A DNA stretch of 64,000 bases from Octopus sinensis (lineage: Eukaryota), in the NCBI RefSeq assembly GCF_006345805.1, contig NC_043019.1, forward strand, positions 21,265,360-21,329,359, given 5' to 3'. Below are positions 1 through 11,832 of the stretch, piece after piece. Numbering within the stretch: the stretch's first letter is position 1; every line of letters begins with the position of its first letter. Under the pieces are notes generated by a model. The model was given only the letters and a program-made list of their open reading frames with translations. It was not told the origin of the DNA and did no database searches. A program made the position numbers and the translations under genes.

Positions 1-537
1 GCTTCTCACATTCACTTTAAAAAGCATTCTAAAGATAAACAGTCATTTAAATCTTGAGGCTGCAAGTCACTGATGGTGAATTCAAAACTATGGAAATAAA
101 TAAGCATGACATTTGACAGAATAATCTGAATGCTCAAGGATTAAACCAGCCACGGCACACCCAAATATTTTACCTGTTTTGTTTAAACTGACTAGACATG
201 GTTTATAATACCTACCTTACAATGTCATTCTAAAAATAAACAATCTCATCATCAGAATCTCAAAGCTACAAGGTAATGCATAATTAATTGAAAACAATGT
301 GAATAAATAGCATTATATTTGGCAGTAATCTGAATGCTAAAAGGTTAAACTAACAGATATTAAGCTAACAGCCATATGTGTTATAAGTAATGCATTCTTA
401 AGATAACATTTTACAGCTGTTATGCTAAAAGTTATTCCCGATATGTGCCTTGATGTTATTAGTTCCCTGTAAAATTAATTATATTTCTTCAAACAAAGTA
501 ATGAAGTGGTGGAAAGATTGACACAAAACACTTATAA

Positions 538-902
538 ATAAGTTAAGTTAATTTTTTGGCTCAAAAAGCAAAAAGCAAGGCCATGTAGAGGGGGCATGGA
601 GTTATGTACAGGGTGGCGTTCATGCAAAGAGTTCAGGCCATTTCTGGTCAAGAGAGACTTTGAACCGAGCGGTAGTCGGCATCTTCACTATCTCGTCCGG
701 CAGCTTATTACACGGATCCGCAACCCGGACGGAGAAAGCCCCTCTCCTTCAATTGAGATGAAATCGTCGCAGATAGAGCTTTTCGGAGTGACCCCCGCAG
801 CCGACGCTCTGGAGCAGGAGTGAAGAACAGCTCTTTCGAGAGGTTACACTTTCCGCTTATGATGTTGTGAGCAAGAATGAGATCACCACGGCGGCGGCGT
901 TT
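538..902 (-). mobile_element. 5'-truncated CR1/L2-type LINE 3' end (RT C-terminus + 3' UTR + (AACTT)n tail), in the intron upstream of the EGF exon
   Basis: Minus strand reads RRRRGDLILAHNII..ELFFTPAPERRLRG|HSEKLYLRRFHLN*RRGAFSVRVADPCNKLPDEIVKMPTTARFKVSLDQKWPELFA*. It has a +1 frameshift in the C5 run at 792-796, a TGA at 749-751 and the ORF stop at 620-622. This matches the RRxRGDLI...RGH..KL...FFSxRV...WNxLP pattern of CR1-like ORF2 ends, followed by a short tandem tail. Confidence 0.85.
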
Positions 903-1130
903 TTTCTTTACCTTGTGGTATTTAATTGCTTCCTTTCTTTGTATGTTCAGTTTGGTAAAATAAGTACCCATAATGCTCTGTTGCTAATTCTCTCACCTTA
1001 ATTACAAATATTTGTAGTTTTGTGCAGGAAATTACCTATCCCTCCCACTGTTGATATTAATAGCACCTTCTTATTTACTCTGTCAGTATCTTCTAAGTTA
1101 TACCTAACGAACCCTTGCTTTCTTTTACAG

Positions 1131-1198
1131 TTGTGGTGATGACTTCTCAGGTCATCGCTGTCAAAAACAAAGTATTAAACAGCCCTATACTTCTAACT
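1131..1198 (+). CDS. LRP1: LRP1-like receptor exon: second half of last EGF repeat + juxtamembrane stalk (x-CGDDFSGHRCQKQSIKQPYTSN)
   Basis: Acceptor ttgctttcttttacag|, donor |gtaagt; 68 nt, phase 2 to 1. C-x5-G-x2-C spacing of EGF Cys5-Cys6. Joins the next exon in frame. Confidence 0.85.
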
Positions 1199-2044
1199 GT
1201 AAGTATTCCCTTCCACTTGTCAACCTTGTCTATATTTATTATGTCAGTTCTGAGTTCACACTTTACGCTGCATTAAATTGATAGATTTATATATAGGTAC
1301 ACACTTGTGGGTGTATGTTAAAAATTTCTGGTGTTGACTTGGTAGATTTGTTAGAGCATTGGACAGAAAACCTCCAAATAGCTGTTCCAATTCTTTACTC
1401 TTTGATTTCAAATCTCATTGGGGTTAAATTTGCACTCTGCATTACATCCTTTTGGGATTAACAATGTTAAAACCCGGTCAAATACTTAAGTCAGCTGTAT
1501 CAACTAACTCCTCCTTTCAAATTTCAGGCTTTCTACTTCTGTTACTAACAATAATTCTGGATCTTTTCAGTTTGAATGGCAGTTCTTTTCTAGCGGTGTC
1601 ATATGAAATTGTCACCCATAATTATGACCCTAGTATCGATCTATTGCATTTCAATCTGTTTTAGGGTTAGGGGTGGGGGGAAGGGTATCTTTTTTTTCTC
1701 CACAAATGTAAATAAACCCAATCTGTTTCTTAAACGAGGGACATATTCATATGGCACAGAATGTTTTTTTTTACCTCAATGGACGTCATTGATTGGTTGA
1801 AATTGCAGAAATTGAAGAAGAAAAAATAACAACAAATATCTTACAAACTATAGAATTTTCTCAATAAAGCCAAGAGAAAAAGATGTTTTATAAACACATT
1901 CTACCAGTATACAAAGTTTAAAATTTTTTTAGTTACCTAGAAATTATGTTAAAAACTGCCATTCAAACCGAAAAGATCCGTAATTCTTCCTCAGTCTGAA
2001 TATCATATCTTAAAATGGTTTTGTTTTTCTCCTCTGTTTTCCAG

Positions 2045-2138
2045 TTAAAACCATTTCTTTCATCATCATACCGCTATGTCTAGTGTTAATTGTTCTGATT
2101 GGTTTGATAATATTCTTCTTCAATCGACGACGAGCCAC
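2045..2138 (+). CDS. LRP1: LRP1-like receptor transmembrane exon (FKTISFIIIPLCLVLIVLIGLIIFFFNRRRA)
   Basis: Acceptor ctctgttttccag|, donor |gtaagt; 94 nt, phase 1 to 2. About 22 hydrophobic residues followed by an RRR stop-transfer cluster. Confidence 0.92.
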
Positions 2139-2250
2139 GTAAGTAAAACGTTCCATTCTATTCCATTATTATTATCGATCACAGAATCAGTAGAGCATCG
2201 GCAGACAAAATGTCTTACAGTATTTCTTCCAGATCAAGTTCTGAGTTTAA

Positions 2251-2471
2251 CCCTTTAGTGTTCGCATTATTCTGCCAAAATGAATGCTTTTTCATCCACA
2301 TTGCCTTGAACTAATCAGGCATTATCTTGTAGCTATGAGATTTTGATGAGGTAGCTGTTAATTTTTAAAACGATATTGTAGGGCTGGTGTGAGAGACCAG
2401 ATCTGGCCAGTTTGAGCATAAAACAGGCAGAATACTTTTGGCCGGATATGGCCGGTTTAAATGCTAAAGGG
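2251..2471. mobile_element. piggyBac-like MITE family 2 (TTAA|CCCTTTAG..ATTATTCTG...CTAAAGGG|TTAA)
   Basis: Related copies at ~100-350, 21370-21558, 36232-36450 and 39094-39312; a tiny 7570-7678 derivative has the same termini. Confidence 0.8.
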
Positions 2472-3447
2472 TTAAACCCCTGTCAAGGTCAACTTTGCCT
2501 TACATCCTTCCAGGGCTGATGAAATAAAATGCCAGTCAAATACTAGTAGCAGGGAGGGGATGAAGTTGGCAAAACTCCCCCCTACCTCCCCATCCTTAAA
2601 TTTCCTGGTCTTGTACCTTATTTGGAACAAGTACCCAACAATTGTTTTTTTTTGTATTTATGTTGTTTCACTCTCAGAAATTATGGTGAAACATTGATCC
2701 TGTCGTTATTATATTTCTAAAGATATAAATTTACTGTTTGTTATTTTGTATGAATTTTGAAAATAATTAAGAATTCTACTGGGATTTTTGGTCAAATAAT
2801 TAACTTTGTCATTGCAAAGCTGATGTTTGGGACATAACTAAACAAAAGGTTCTTCTTACATAAATTAATGAAACTAAGTTTTATATTTAACTTTTTCATT
2901 ACCACATTATGTTGGAAGACAATGCTTTTGTCTCAATTGTTTTTCTTTATTTAAATAATAAAGAATTTAGTAAAATAACGTATTAAAGTTAGTGTTTGGA
3001 ACAGAGCTAATCAAAAAGTTCTTACATTTAAATCATCATATAAACTTTTAATCGAAATATAAACATTTTATTTAAAACTGGTGGTTTTGTAATAATTTTT
3101 GAATAATTAAGAAAAGAGAGGTAGTAAGTTGAATTCTCTCTCTTCTGGATACAACACAAATGATATAGGTAACATGGGCCCTCACTTAACACTTACAAAA
3201 AATCCTTGTAATTTGAGAAAAGATTAGCTACTTTCAGCACTAGACCTCAATGGACGTCATTGATTGGTTGAAATTGAAGAAAAAAAAACTATAAATATCT
3301 TACAAACTATAGAATTTTCTCAATAAAGCCAAGAGAAAAAGATGTTTTATAAACACATTCTACCAGTATCTGATGAAAAAAAGCAAGTGAAAAGACTTGT
3401 TTCTTATATGTTGTTTTCACTCAAGTAACATCAATCTCTCTTTACAG

Positions 3448-3562
3448 GTCACAACAGTTCAAACATATACGCATCCAAGAAAATGCTAATGAGATTAGCA
3501 ATCCTCTCTATATTCCGGAGACAGACGAACAGGAACTTCACGAACCCACCGACGCTCACCAG
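3448..3562 (+). CDS. LRP1: LRP1-like receptor proximal cytoplasmic exon (TSQQFKHIRIQENANEISNPLYIPETDEQELHEPTDAHQ)
   Basis: Acceptor ctctctttacag|, donor CAG|gtttgg; 115 nt, phase 2 to 0. F.H.R...N.EI.NPxY resembles human LRP1 [22 protein letters not shown] (recalled sequence). Confidence 0.88.
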
Positions 3563-3687
3563 GTTTGGCTATTGGCTTTCTTGTATGTGTGTGTGTGTGA
3601 TAGAGAGAGAGATGCTATTTTATGTATGTATCTCTATCCAGACTTCAATGACGCCACTCCGCTGGCTAAGCAAGCAGGCCTATATAT

Positions 3688-3739
<52 letters not shown>

Positions 3740-3767
3740 CAATCCATGCTAGCATGGAAAATGATGA

Positions 3768-3804
<37 letters not shown>

Positions 3805-4654
3805 ATTCTTATTTTATTTATCAAAGAAGGATATATATTTTTATTCAGTTAATGTCATCAAATAGTCAGTTGTAATAAGATGTGTGTGTGTAATTTAATA
3901 AATGCAGGTTTAAATGTAAGCTACTTTCAGTTTCATATTTTCACATTGCATTGATCAGACAAGCTTGCAAGGCTTGCTGTGTACTATCCTGCCATATACA
4001 TTTAGCACATTGGTGGGTATTTTTTACTTCCTGAGGCAGGGAATGTCAGTAAACATGTAATCAATTGTTCTTTTATACAACACATGTGCTTGTGTGTGTA
4101 TATGTATGTTGTTATATGTGTATATAAATAGGTGTTGTGGTAGTTGTTTATTTGCCTCCAAATCAGACCTGATGAAAATTATTCCCATCCAACTGTGGCC
4201 ATCTCATGTATAAGCACACTATACATGCCTTATTTCAAGAAAGTGTTGGGAATGATTTGGAGAAGTTTTGGCTGTTGTTTCTAGCAGTGTGAATGACCAT
4301 ATTAAAATTCTCTTGCTGACTTTGTGTGTGTTTTTATCAGACCAGCAAGGCCTTTTTTTCTCTCCTTCCCCTCCTCTAGTCTTTAGCTCTCTAGGTAGAT
4401 TATGGAACTTAACATTTTAACTATCAAAATAATAATTGGTAGAGCATTGGACAAATTACCTTACAACATTTGATTCTGTCCTTTTATGTTCTCCATTCAA
4501 TTCCAACCCAACTCCATTCACTTTCATTGCTGCCCTTCTGATATCAATAAAATTTGTACAGCAGCTTCGGTGGCCTAGTAGGTAAGGTGCTAGAAGTAGT
4601 GGCATAATAGAGGTTGAGGTTTCAAACCTCTGCCAGGAAATCAAAAGTTTTGTA

Positions 4655-5046
4655 GACGTAGGAGTGGCTGTGTGGTAAGTAGCTTGCTTACCAACCACAT
4701 GGTCCTGGGTTCAGTCCCACTACGTGGCACCTTGGGCAAGTGTCTTCTACTATAGCCTCGGGCTGACCAAAGCCTTGTGAGTGGATTTGGTAGACGGAAA
4801 CTGAAAGAAGTCCATCGTATATATGTTTATATATATGTGTTTGTCCTCCCAACATCGCTTGACAACCGATGCTGGTGTGTTTACGTCCCCGTCACTTAGC
4901 GGTTCGGCAAAAGAGACCGATAAAATAAGTACTAGGCTTCCAAAGGATAAGTCCTGGGGTTGATTTGCTCGACTAAAGGCGGTGCTCCAGCATGGCCACA
5001 GTCAAATGACTGAAACAAGTAAAAAGAGTAAAAAAAAAAAAGAGTA
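4655..5046 (+). mobile_element. SINE family A (tRNA-like head, internal (TA/TG)n, tail ...GCGGTGCTCCAGCATGGCCACAGTCAAATGACTGAAAC-(AAGAGTAA)n), intronic copy
   Basis: Head GGAGTGGCTGTGTGGTAAG...GGTTCAGTCCC (A/B-box-like). High identity to copies at 13329, 20727, 22796 and 52344. Confidence 0.85.
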
Positions 5047-5349
5047 GTGATCAAGGTAACTAACTATAACCTAGAAGGGATTGTCCCAGCATGGCCACAC
5101 ACAGTTACTGACTGAAACTAGTAAAATATAAAAGAATTATTAAATGGTTCTCTAATCCCACTTTTTTTTTTTCTTTTTTCCTTTTGATGTTTTCCTATAA
5201 AGTAGGAATAATAATAATAATAATTCATTTTGTGCAACCCCTGCCCATTGCACATCCTTTATGGCTGTCTTCCACCTGTTTTTCACCTACATTAACTGCC
5301 GCTGTACGTACACCTGTACAATGTTTGGTCTAATTGATTCTATTTCCAG

Positions 5350-5385
5350 ATGTTTAACCAACACCGAAGATAGTCAGGCTTCCAG
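5350..5385 (+). CDS. Candidate 36-nt alternative microexon of the LRP1-like gene
   Basis: CTAAT branch-like motif at 5330-5334, tatttccag| acceptor, CAG|gtaaac donor. Phase 0 reads MFNQHRR* and phase 2 reads (R)CLTNTEDSQAS(S). No homology support. Confidence 0.35.
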
Positions 5386-8300
5386 GTAAACTCTTCCGAG
5401 CCCCGCCATCACCATCATTATCACCACCACCACCACCATCACCCTACTCCCTCCAACTTTATTAGAGAGTATGCAATGATTGTTAGATGTAACAAACACC
5501 ACCACCACCACCTCATTGTAAACTCAAAAATCTACCCCTTTTCTCTCCATTACCCCATCTGTCTCTGTCACTTCACTTCTCTCTCTCTTTTTGCTTTTGA
5601 AAAAGTAAAATATTTGTTGTCCTTGAAAACTCTTCTACACTTTTGCATGTTTCTGGCTGTTTACTTACAAATGACATTCTTTGTTCTTGGATGTATGTAT
5701 GTATGTCCTTATGTATTTATGTATCCGTCCAACCCATGCTAGCATGGAAAACGGACACTAAACGATGATGATGATGCTGATGTATGTATGTGAAAGAGTG
5801 GCAGTGGCTATGTAACTTCTGAGACTCTCTAAGATGGTAAGATGGTGTATGTGTGTGTGTGTGTAATAAAAGATTGTCTTATGAATTTATAAGATGCAGT
5901 GGACTCATAGTTGAGTGCCTGAGTAACACCTTACAGCTTCATCAGAACCTGAAAAGAGATGGTGCTCAATACATAGAGTTAATTATAAAGATTGGCAGAG
6001 TCGTTAAATTGTCTTACAAAATATCTTGTATTTCTTTGTGCTCTTTATATTCTGGTTTCAAATCCTGTTGAGATCAACTTTGCCTTTCATCCTTCCATGG
6101 TCAATAAACTAAAGTGCCAGTCAAGTACTGGGGTCAGTGCTATCAAGTCACCCACTCTCCTAGATTTCAGATCCTTGTTCCTAAACTGTTGAAAATCCAT
6201 TTCTTCTGCTCTCTTTGTGTGTATGTGTGTGTGACAGTAAGGGTGTCTGGCTGTAAAATAATATCCTGATAATATGTATTCCTCTAACTCATGCTAACAT
6301 GGAAAAACAGATGTAAAATAATTGTATTTACATCTAATTTTCAAACAACTTACTTGTGGAAATACTGTCAACTGAAAACTCTACTTACCAGTGGCCATTT
6401 ATGGGAAGTACACTGCTACCCCACCCCAACTCACTGATGTGAGGCTCCACCTACTGGATTGACTGGCTGGTATTTGATTTTTAAGTCTATTTTGGGATCA
6501 TCACTATCATTCAAATTTGTGGAGTCGTGCAGGTCTGACTTGCCATACGAGCAAACAAATACCGCCGTTAAACTCACACATAACCTCTCCATCCATCATC
6601 TCTTTTCGGCCATTCCCAGTGGTTGTGTCTCTCAAATGTTGACTGGATTTCTTTTGAGATGTGTGCTTTGTGTGTGTATGCGAGTGTGTTTGTAAAAACA
6701 AGTCACCTCAGTTATAGTTCTTTAGTTAGGTAAATTCTTCAAACATAGCAATGCTTAAATTTAAAAGGCTTATACCACCAACACTTGCTACTGCCAGGAA
6801 TGACCCCTCTCCACCTCTACTGCACTCTCACACACACACACACACATACACAGTTCTGCCAAAACTAAAGTAGTTTTTTTTTTTTTTGTATACTTCTGCT
6901 AAGCTAAAAATCAATCACATAGGCTGTAGACTTCCTTTAAAAGTTAAAAAAAATTTGAGAGCCCAGTTATGTCCTTTTCACCTGCACTGTTATTCTCCAA
7001 GTAGGCTGCTTATATGATTCCAAAAACTGTCTAGTAGTATTATTAGCAGTAGTAGTGTTAGTAGGTGTTGTTATTATTGTTGTTACAAGTTTCATTTTTT
7101 TCTCTTTTTTTTTTTCTCTCTTTTTTTTTCTTCTTCGTTGAACGTGGTGTAGCACCTGGTCTTGCCAGTTCCTGTCACGCCATCCAACCCATGCCAGCAT
7201 GGAAAACGGATAGTAAATGTTGATGATGACAATGATGATGATTCTGTTTGGTTAATTAGTTAATTGGTAAATATTCAGGATTTAAAAACTGAACTCCTGC
7301 TTTCAATCCTCCCTTAGAACGGTTCTATTAACCACATAAATCATTTAATAATCATTCAGCCATCAACTGCTGTATTAATAAAATTGTTTTAGCCATCAAT
7401 GTCTCATCTTCACAAATCCATCCTCTCTCTCTGATCATTATGCTACATATAAAGACACCTCATGCTTAATTCAGAAATATGTATTTCATCCTTAAGTAAT
7501 ATGTTTAATTACAGTTGTTGATGTTTTTCTACTCTGTTTTTTTGTTTTTGACAAATAAACTTGATTTAACCTTTAGCACATTGCATTTTCACTAGAATTG
7601 TTTCCCTGGCCATTACCGTGTTACTACAGGGGAGAAAACTTAGACAGTGATGTAATGCACGTACAGTGTGCTAAAGGTTAAAGAAACTAGAGACTTTGTT
7701 AGAAAACTGAAGTTGAATTCAAGACAAAAATAATTGATATATGACTGTTTTAGATTGTAGTGTGTATATGAGTGCACTATACACACACATGCACACAGGT
7801 GTGGATCCCAATCATTTGGGTTCAATCCTACTGCATGGCACCTTGGACTTTAGCTCTGGGCTACCTAAAAGCCCTTGTGGGTAGATTTGGTAGGTAGAAA
7901 CTGAAAGAAGCCCATTATGTATGTTTCTTTACAGTTGCCTTCTCAGAAAATCAGGGGGCTGTGGCCAGGGTTTTACCATCATCACCCTGTCAAAGACATG
8001 TGAAACAGGAGGGACATCCACCTGTAAAACAATATATATCTAACCCAAGCTTGTATGATTATATAAAAGCAGATATAAAAATGAACATGTGAGTATGAAT
8101 ACATATCTGTACCGTGATTTCTTGGTGATCTGTCTTTTGTTTACCCAACTAACGAAAAAGTCAGCTGTAATATCACTATACATGCACAGCATATTATTGG
8201 TTATTGTAATATAGACATCATACTATCTAACCTATTATGTTACCAAAAAAATATAACAACCATATATATATATATATATATCGCGGGCATGGCTGTGTGG

Positions 8301-9236
8301 TTAGGGAGCTTGCTTCCTAGCTGCATGGTTTCGGGTTCAGTCCCACTGCGTGGCACTTTGGGTAGGTGTCTTCTGCTATAGCCCCGAGCCGACTGAAGCT
8401 TTGTGATTGAATTCGGCAGGCGGAAGTTACTACCGTGTGTGTATATGTGCGTGTAGGTGCTTGTGCCTCTCCTAAAGAGAGAGAGGGAGATATATATATG
8501 ATATTTACCACATAAACTATGATGAAAATATGAAAAAGATATGGTATATAATTTTTCTTGTGCTGGGGCTCCTTGAGACATGTAGATTATTTTAAGGGTT
8601 ACACAAAGGGGTAAAAAGGTTGAGAAACACTGCTCTACATGATCTATATGTAGTCTTCAGGGCTGTGGAAAACTTATCTATTTTTCTAGACAATGTTTCT
8701 TGTCTGTCTATATGTATGTACGTTTATTTATCTGTGGAATGTTAAGGTCTATACATACACCAAGATATCTCTATGTTCTACGAAAGCAAGCAAATAACTT
8801 TTATGCGGATGCTCTGTATTTAACACTGGTCAATCATGACACCCTCTATCCCTCTCTTTCTCTCTCTCTCTCTCTCTTATCTTTAATGCAAGTTATAAGA
8901 CATTCTTAGAGATAACCTTCAATATCTTTGGCAAGTCTTTCTCATACTCACATTCCTTGTTTGTTCCTTGTTTCCATTCTCTGCCGCCAAGCTCTTGTCT
9001 CATAATCTCAGATTTTCACTTCAGTCTCATTTTTCAGCATGTCATCTCTCTCCTATCCATTCCCCCATCAATCTTGACTGCTACTCGTATTAGCCACCAT
9101 CACCTCATTTCTTTCATCTACCATCTGGCCCCTTTCATCTGTAATGAAAATTAACAATTACCTATTATTATCTTTCCCTTCCTCTCTTTCTCTCTCTCTA
9201 TATATATATATGTGTGTATATATATGTATATACTTA

Positions 9237-9385
9237 AATCAATAAAATCATCATTTAGCGTCCGCTTTCCATGCTAGCATGGGTTGGACGGTTCAACTGG
9301 GGTCTGTGAAGCTGGAAGGCCCCAGTTGAACCGTCCAACCCATGCTAGCATGGAAAGCGGACGCTAAATGATGATTTTATTGATT
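9237..9385. repeat. Perfect 66-bp inverted repeat with 17-nt spacer
   Basis: Arm 9237-9302 is the exact reverse complement of 9320-9385; derived from the RTE family C tail. Confidence 0.95.
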
Positions 9386-10005
9386 GTGTATATATATATA
9401 TATATATATAATATATGTGTGTATATATATATATATATAATATATGTGTATATATATATATATATATATAATATATGTGTATATATATATATATATATAT
9501 AATATATGTGTATATATATTATATATATATAATATATGTATATATATATATATGTGTATATATATATATATATATATAATATATGTGTATATATATATAT
9601 ATAATAATATATGTGTATAATATATATATATATATAATATATGTGTATATATATATATATATATAATATATGTGTATAATATATATATATATATATATGT
9701 GTTATATATATATATATATATAATATATATATGTGTATATATATATATATATATATAATATATGTGTTATATATATATATATATAATATATGTGTATATA
9801 TTATAATATATATATGTGTATATATATATATATATAATATGTGTATATATATATATATATATATAATATAATATATGTGTATATATATATAATATATGTG
9901 TATGTGTATATATATAATATATGTGTATGTGTATATATATATATAATGTATGTGTATATATATATATATATATAATATATGTGTATGTATATATGTATAT
10001 ATATC
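9386..10005. repeat. ~620-bp complex (TA)n / ATATATAATATATGTGT microsatellite
   Basis: Direct reading. Confidence 0.95.
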
Positions 10006-11694
10006 CCTGTCTTCTTTCTATATCTTCCTCTGTACAAAATGTCACAGTTCTAAAACTCACTAACTCCAAACCTCATATTTTTTATATTACAAAACCCAGT
10101 GGAAAAAAAATAATTATATAAACTTTGTTTGCATAATTATTGTAACTAACTGCATTTGTAATCATTAAACCTTGTCTTAAATCTGGTAAGTAAAGTGTGT
10201 GTGTGGAGGGGGTTACTTTGACATTTCTATTTTCTGTATTTTCTTTACAGCTGCAGAATCCACCATTTTATCTGTTGGATTTTTTTTTATTTACAAATTG
10301 ATATGTAGACACACGTGTGTGTTTGTGCGTATGAAGTATGTTGTGTTGACCATACACACATATACACAGAACTACACAGTTTTGTGTGCCTGTGTGTATT
10401 GTGTGTGCATGTACATTTATCTACACATGTTTGTATAAATGTATATTTGTATTGTATGTGTATATATATATTTATGCATAGTCATTACAAATATAATAGG
10501 GTGAAATATAATTAATTTAATAAAATCAATAAATTTCACCTAGTAGTATTTCGGTATGGAAAAGGACCATATTCGGTAAAAATTTTTATAATTGTTCTAT
10601 CAGCTCTATCAGAATTGAAAACAGAGGGAAGTGACTTCTTACTTGCTGCTTAAAAATGCACTATAAATATTCACGATAATCGAGATCCAGTGATATTTTG
10701 GGTTAGTACAGGTGGTCTACTTAATGCTGACATCTTTGTACTAATTATTGAATCTGCACATTATCTTCGTGAAAGTTTGTTCTACCAGTGAGCTAAGTAA
10801 CTCGCATCTGAATTCACTGAGAAGGCACCTGCTGTGACTATAGTCAAACAAATGCACTATTCTATCCATCCCCATCATCTGCATACACAAATAATGAAAC
10901 TAGTCTAACATCACCACACATTGTTCCCTACCAAATACACACAGAAATGTTCACATACCCCAATCAACCTTTTCATTGGTGAAAATTGGAGGAACAACCT
11001 TCGGTTATACATTTGTTGCTTCCAACATTAATGCCATATCACCTAAGGAAATGAATACATGAACTATGGCCCACCCAATGTCCACGGCTATAAGAAATGT
11101 GTGATTTGTGGAAATGTGCAGAGCGATGCATTAAATTATTTATAAATTCCATCCATGGATTATTATTATTATTACTATATTTATCCTACATTATATCGGC
11201 ACAGCTCAATACAACCCTATAAAACTGAAACTGAATGTTGATATCATTAGGCTGTAGCTGACACGATAAAATAGCTTTTGTATGCCTACAAAAAAACATT
11301 TTCCATAAACACACAGATGTGTATGTTTATTCATATATATATGTATATATATCAATGCATAAAAAATGTGTACAATAATTAAAATTTTGGGAGTGAAATT
11401 TTAAAACTCTTTAATAGGATTATCATCATCATTTAGGATGGTGGATTAACAGAATCATTGAAGCATTGGAAGGAAATGCTTTACATTATTAGTTTCAGAT
11501 TTTTTATGGTGTGGGAGTATATCTCAGATTTGAGGTCAACTTTTACCAATTGGGATTGATAAAATAAGTACCAGTCAAGTGCTAAGATATCAGTGGTATT
11601 GACTAACACCTCTCCCCTTAAAAAATTGCTTGCCTTGTGCCAAAATTTTGAAACCATTAATATTATTATTATTATTATTATTTTTCTTTTCTAG

Positions 11695-11832
11695 TCGACT
11701 TATGATGGAACCTTCGACACATTCCCACATGACAGCACGACAACCCATAAAGAAAGTGAACGTCACCAATTGTTACGAGAAGTCCGTTACTATGGAAATA
11801 GAGACACCCGGCCAAATGTATCATTTGCTTAA
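11695..11832 (+). CDS. LRP1: LRP1-like receptor terminal coding exon (STYDGTFDTFPHDSTTTHKESERHQLLREVRYYGNRDTRPNVSFA*)
   Basis: Acceptor tttttcttttctag|; phase 0 matches exon 3448-3562; TAA at 11830-11832. ERHQLL fits the [DE]xxxL[LI] sorting motif like LRP1 DEKRELL. Followed by an AT-rich 3' UTR with AATAAA sites. Confidence 0.75.
   Translation, partial: STYDGTFDTFPHDSTTTHKESERHQLLREVRYYGNRDTRPNVSFA

Larger units (their letters stand above)
1773..3369 (+). repeat. Direct repeats (1773-1910 and 3244-3369) flanking the TM exon
   Basis: ACCTCAATGGACGTCATTGATTGGTTGAAATTG...AAATATCTTACAAACTATAGAATTTTCTCAATAAAGCCAAGAGAAAAAGATG...CTACCAGTAT in both; the distal ~85 bp are nearly identical. Confidence 0.9.

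Noticed and set aside
1131-2138. EGFR-ligand (neuregulin/TGF-alpha-like) interpretation of the EGF half-exon plus TM exon
   Set aside because: The downstream F.H.R...EI.NPLY and [DE]xxxLL tail fit the LRP1-type LDL-receptor family much better.
10251-10310. Strong-looking acceptor (ttttctttacag) as the missing NPxY exon
   Set aside because: Phase 0 gives LQNPPFY...* with no convincing donor and no NPxY.
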